Source: the human T2T-CHM13v2.0 reference genome, Homo sapiens
Assembly (NCBI RefSeq): GCF_009914755.1
Contig: NC_060925.1
Strand: one strand, 5' to 3'
DNA length: 64,000 bases
Shown here: piece after piece, positions 58,584 through 64,000 of the stretch
Layout: the number at the start of each line of letters is the position of its first letter
Numbering within the stretch: position 1 is the first letter of the stretch
Notes under the pieces: model-generated
Told to the model about the DNA's origin: nothing
The model's database searches: none
Seen by the model: the letters and a program-made list of their open reading frames with translations, nothing else
Made by a program: the position numbers and the translations under genes

Positions 58584-60266
58584 GTCTGCTGTATTTTAAA
58601 ACAGCTAAAATGAAAGTAAGAGAGAGTGTTAAGGAAATCCTGATGCTCAAAAAGCTTGGATTTTGGTTAGCTTGAGCTATGGCTGTTAGCCTCCAGGATA
58701 AACCCAATGGAAAATTATGCTGAAAAAAACAGACAGTATATCTATGGCCTTTGACCACCAGGAACATTGTCCAAATGGTGGGTGACAAAACCAAGACAGT
58801 ACTGGAAGCAGGGGTTATGTGTGAAGGAGTTATCTTGCCTTGTGAACTGGTATTCATCGGGTTCCTGAAAAACATTTAAGAAAATAGATTGTGAGAGTGA
58901 CTAACTTGGGAGCAGTATCTTTGATTCTGAATGTTGCAGAATGAAGAAGTCTGCTTGGGGTTGATGCAGGAACCTTATTACTGAACAATCATGGATTGTT
59001 GTACATGATCCAAACACACAATAGATTGTTCCTAAAGGGACAGCTAGTCTGGTGGACTGGGTAAAAGCCACTGTAAAATTTGTTTACCCTGAAAAGGGAA
59101 ATGGTCCTTCCCCTCCTTTAAATGCCAAGTGGCACTCCTCCATAGATGACAAAGCTGGTAAGCTGCATATGCAAACCATGCTGGATTAACTTCATGGTCA
59201 TCAGGATGTTTGTTCATCCTTAATATGCCCTTTAAATCATGGTAAATACTGTGACTGAAGGGGCCCCGCTAGGCAGGCATCTGATATAACTGCTGCAAAA
59301 TCTATCAATGGTCCAAGAAATGTGTCAGATTTGTTGTCTCAGCTTCTTAATATGGGTCTTACAGATGCTAAGAAAATAAGACTGAATCACAAGTGAATGG
59401 GTAACACAAAACAGATAGTCAACGAAGTCCCAAGCAGGATGAAGTTTTAAACGGTTACTAAGAGATGGGATGAATAAAATGGACACTGATGTTAACACAA
59501 AGGTCTTAATGCTGCACTATCAGAAGTTAGGTTTACCAATGGGAGCGCCTCTTAGTCCCCCAACACTGAAGGGCCCTAAACAAACACTCTATGCACCCTA
59601 ATTTCAAAGAATGCACCAAGCTGGGAAGCAAAAATGACAATGAAGAACCTCAGTTCAAATCATCAGAGGTGATGGGCTACCAAATTAATCAGGATGAGGA
59701 CTGACACAGAACCAGGGCTTTCTTTTAACTAATCTCCTAGTAGGGACTGAAGGCCATATGCACACCTGTAGGTACAATAGAAGGTAAAAAAGAAACCTTC
59801 CAGGGGTTCCTGACATAGAATTCAGTGCCTCTGATTCCAAAACCTATTGGTAAAATCCTAGCAGAGGCAATAACTAGAAAGACAGGATATGAGGATGAAA
59901 TGGCTGATAGGATTAAATTAAAATTTGGATGAAAATTAGTATGTTTGAATGAATCTTGGAAGTACTTGCATCCACATTACCTGAATATGTTTTGGGGAAG
60001 GATATGATGTTTGACCAGGGAAAACTTCAGCTACTATACTGCAGAAAGCTTGTTAGTTTTCCCTTCAGTCAGAACAGGCTAAATGAGAATCTGTGCAACT
60101 TCCCCAGCTCACATAGGTTGTTAATTTGAAACAGTATCATGGTGGACCAAAAGAGATTTAGCACATGAATTAATGACATGTTCGACACTGGAGTGCTGTT
60201 ACCAACAAGTTCTGTGTCGTGCATGAAAAAGGTGAATTATTCATGAAAACTCACAGCAGATAATCA

Positions 60267-60575
<309 letters not shown>

Positions 60576-61453
60576 CTAGTGGGAATGATCCCAATTTATA
60601 CTTACTGCAGTGCTGCAGGTTTATCTGCATTTATCAGCTTACCATTATAATTTGTTTCGAAGGGATTCTGACTTGATACAGGTCCAGAATACAATAATAT
60701 ACTACACTGATGACATTATGACGGTATCAGAAACCTAAGAACAAGCTAGGGCTAACTTGAAAATAGTGGTGGCTCACAGGAATACCACAGGCTAGAGGAT
60801 AAATCCAGCAAATACCCCAGGGTCTAACCAAACTGTGAAATTCTTACGAATAACCTGGGCAGGAACCACCCATAACATTCTACAGGCAACTAAAATTAAA
60901 TTGCTCTTATTACATAACCATGAAAGTAAACAAGCAGCATTCACTGCAGCTGGTTTGCTTGAGTTTTGCGAAGAAAAATTCTGTATCTGGGGACTAGTGC
61001 TAAATCCAATCCGTAAAACTACCTGAAAGGACACATATGAATGGAAACCTAAACAACAGCAGGCTATTATCTAAGTTGCAGTGGCTCAATTAATGCCTTT
61101 GGGTCCTTACGATATACACTCAGATATGATTTTAGAAGTATCTGCAACTCAGACTGGACCTTATGGCAAAAAGCCCATGAATGCTGTCCAGCAGTAACCA
61201 CTGGGACCATGGGCCAGACAAGAAAGTATAGAACACATCATTAGAGAGACGATTATTGGTTTGCTCCCGGGCATTAACTGCAACTGTCTTTATGACTGAA
61301 GGACATAACATAATCCTAAAACCTAAAATATCCATGTCTTGGGTAATGTCAGAGAAACACTCTAACGAGTACCAATAACAAAATGAAAATGGCTTAACGG
61401 GAATGTGCTGAGGAATGCAAGAAGACACTTACCATATTCAATAGAAGAAAACC

Positions 61454-61753
61454 TTTTTTTTTTTGAGACAGGGTCTCACTTTGTGTCAACCAGGCTGAAT
61501 ACAGTGGGGGCAATCACAACTCACTGCAGCCTTGACCTCCCAGGCTCAAGCAATCCCGCATCTCAGCCAAATGAGTAGCTGGTATCACCAGAGGCATGCC
61601 ACCACACCTGGCTAATTTTTATTTTTTGTAGAGATGGGAGTCTCACTATGTTGCCCAGGCTGAGTCTGAGTCTGAACTCCTGGACTCATGCGATTCTCCT
61701 GCCTTGGCCTCCCAAAGTGTTGAGACTGCAGCCATGAGTCATCACGCTTGGCC
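61454..61753 (-). mobile_element. Alu (AluJ-like)
   Basis: Reverse Alu consensus. Confidence 0.9.
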
Positions 61754-62127
61754 TCCTCTTTTCTTCCAGATCAACTTTGGAACCATCTGTAAAGCTACCA
61801 GATCCTATTGCCACATCCTACTGTTCAAATGCTAGTGTCTTACAAAGAGCTCTCACTGACCACCAAAAAGTGGCTTGTTTTACAGATGATAGCAGTTCAA
61901 AGGTAATCAGCCAGCATCCTGTTTGGAAGGCTGTCACACTATAACTGACTGATGTGAAACTGATGAAAGAACAACAAATCAGCTCAAAGGGCTCAATTGT
62001 ACATTGTTCTCCTTGCAATGATGGATGAACTAAACAAACATAACCTTCATGTGTGGATGTACACCCATGAATGGGCTGTGGCCATTTGCCTGGCCATATG
62101 GTCAGGCTGACAGGCAGTGAAAAACTA

Positions 62128-62453
<326 letters not shown>

Positions 62454-62659
62454 ATAAATGGATGGGTGATTAATGAGGCATGGCTCTATGAGAATCATTA
62501 TGGGAATTTAAGGGGTGAATTAAAGTAGGACATGTTGATGGTCATCAAAAGAACTTCTTTCAGGATCAGGAGATGACTGGAACCAGCAAGTGGATGTCCC
62601 AGCATGCTTGTTTGAGGTGGCTATCTGAGTCCCCAAAATAAGTAGATATGGGAGATATT

Positions 62660-62958
62660 GGCCGGGCACAGTGGCTCATGCCTGTAATCCCAGCACTTTG
62701 GGAGGCCAAGGCGGGTGGATCATGAGGTCAGGAGACCGAGACCATCCTGGCTAACATGGTGAAACCCCGTCTCTACTAAAAGTACAAAAAATTAGCCAGG
62801 CGTGGTGGTGGGCACCTGTAGTCCCAGCTACTCAGGAGGCTGAGGCAGGAGAATGGCGTGAACCCAGGAGGCGGGGCTTGCAGTGAGCCGAGATCGCGCC
62901 ACTGCACTCCAGCCTGGGCGACTGAGTGAGACTTTGTCTCCAAAAATAAAAATAAAAA
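62660..62958 (+). mobile_element. AluY
   Basis: AluY-diagnostic positions; perfect 15-bp TSD agatatgggagatat at 62644-62658 and 62959-62973. Confidence 0.94.
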
Positions 62959-63359
62959 AGATATGGGAGATATGCAGCAATGCAGACAGAGATGGGCTGG
63001 CCATTGATATATTCCTCTTGTACCCTCTGATGCACAAAATTCCAGAAAGAGCCATCCTGTCTGCCAGAAAGGGAGAAAGAGACTGCAGATGACTATGGCA
63101 TATATTCCCCAGAAAAAAGTCCCCCCACTCCCATATATAGTTGGCAAATACACTACACTGAGCTACTGCCACTATCCCCAGGAAGCTATAAATGGTAATT
63201 CTTGGAAATAGACGTTTACAGTGGATTGGGCTTTGCATACCCAATGGTAGATACAAAAGCTCAAAATACCGTAAGATGACTGGAACAGAAGGTACTGCAC
63301 CCCCACCAAGTTACATGTCTTCAGACCAAAGAATGTACTTTATAGCCCATACGCCATAC

Positions 63360-63850
63360 TTTACAGCCAATATCCCCAGAAGTCTCAACCAGTGCAGTAT
63401 CAAGTCAAAGTCCAAAATCTCATTTAAATATCATCAGCTCAAAAGTCCCAAGTGTTATAACCCAAATCAGGAATGGGTGAGACTCTATGCATAATCCACC
63501 CTGGGGCAAAATTCCTCTAAATCTGTGGACCTCTCACACTAGAAAACAAGTTATCTGCTTCCAAAATACAATGGTAGAAAAGGCCTAGGACAGATATTCC
63601 CACTCAGAAAGGGAGAAATTGGAAGAAATAAAAACATCACTGATTCCAAGCAAGTTCTAAACCCAGCAAGGGAAATTCGATTTCAAGGTCTGTAACTAAT
63701 CCTCAGTAATTTGTATTTCTGTCCTCTAGGCCCATGGTGGCTCCATCAACCTCTGCCTTTGCAACCCTGGTGGCTCCATCACCCTGTCTCTGGCCTCCAA
63801 TTCATTCTTGCTTTTTTTTAAAAAAAAAATTATAACATGCTTTCAGCTGA
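63360..63850 (-). mobile_element. MaLR (MLT1/MST-type) internal fragment, reverse orientation
   Basis: aaaacaagttatctgcttccaaaatacaatgg...gggagaaattgg is the reverse-complement homologue of the THE1 internal segment at about 41650-41730. Confidence 0.7.
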
Positions 63851-64000
63851 CATCCATCAACTATACCATTTCTTTTACACTGACAGGGTTTATAACATTT
63901 TCAGTCTGTTCTGTAACTATACTTAAGTCTTCGGTGCTTTGTCTATTGATAAATCCTAAAAACTGACGCCAATTTGGTGTTTCCAATGGTGTAAGTAAAT

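Noticed and set aside
62776-63256. 125-142 aa minus-strand ORFs
   Set aside because: They are antisense read-through of AluY and ERV sequence, giving typical Alu-derived peptides.

Overview
Human (or closely related primate) genomic DNA from inside the AKT3 kinase gene, which is transcribed on the minus strand. Three intact internal coding exons are present: 49325-49260, 47903-47835 and 7231-7109, encoding about aa 188-273 (alphaC helix, hinge and catalytic loop). They are separated by introns of 1356 nt and 40603 nt. The rest is AT-rich intron dominated by repeats: about 23 Alu elements; a near-full-length old L1 (14209-21065) and a 5'-truncated L1PA (10254-12884), both with target-site duplications (TSDs); a mosaic of L1M fragments; a complete THE1 (MaLR) provirus inside a Tigger3; L2/MIR remnants; and small DNA-transposon fossils. 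From about 56.1 kb there is a decayed ERVL-class provirus (MER21-like LTR plus gag/pol remnants) that hosts an MLT2 LTR, a FABP7 processed pseudogene and several Alus. Nearly all ORF-track entries are repeat-derived or spurious. I cannot confidently identify a new biological system. The best leads are: (i) an abrupt switch at 63851 into 150 bp that reads like low-GC coding sequence, (ii) a sense-oriented FABP7 retrocopy with the signals of a cryptic terminal exon, (iii) a cluster of hairpins and competing pairings just upstream of the 7231 acceptor, and (iv) an intact DUX4 motif kept only in the 5' LTR of an antisense THE1. Repeat subfamily names come from recalled consensus sequences and need RepeatMasker/Dfam confirmation.
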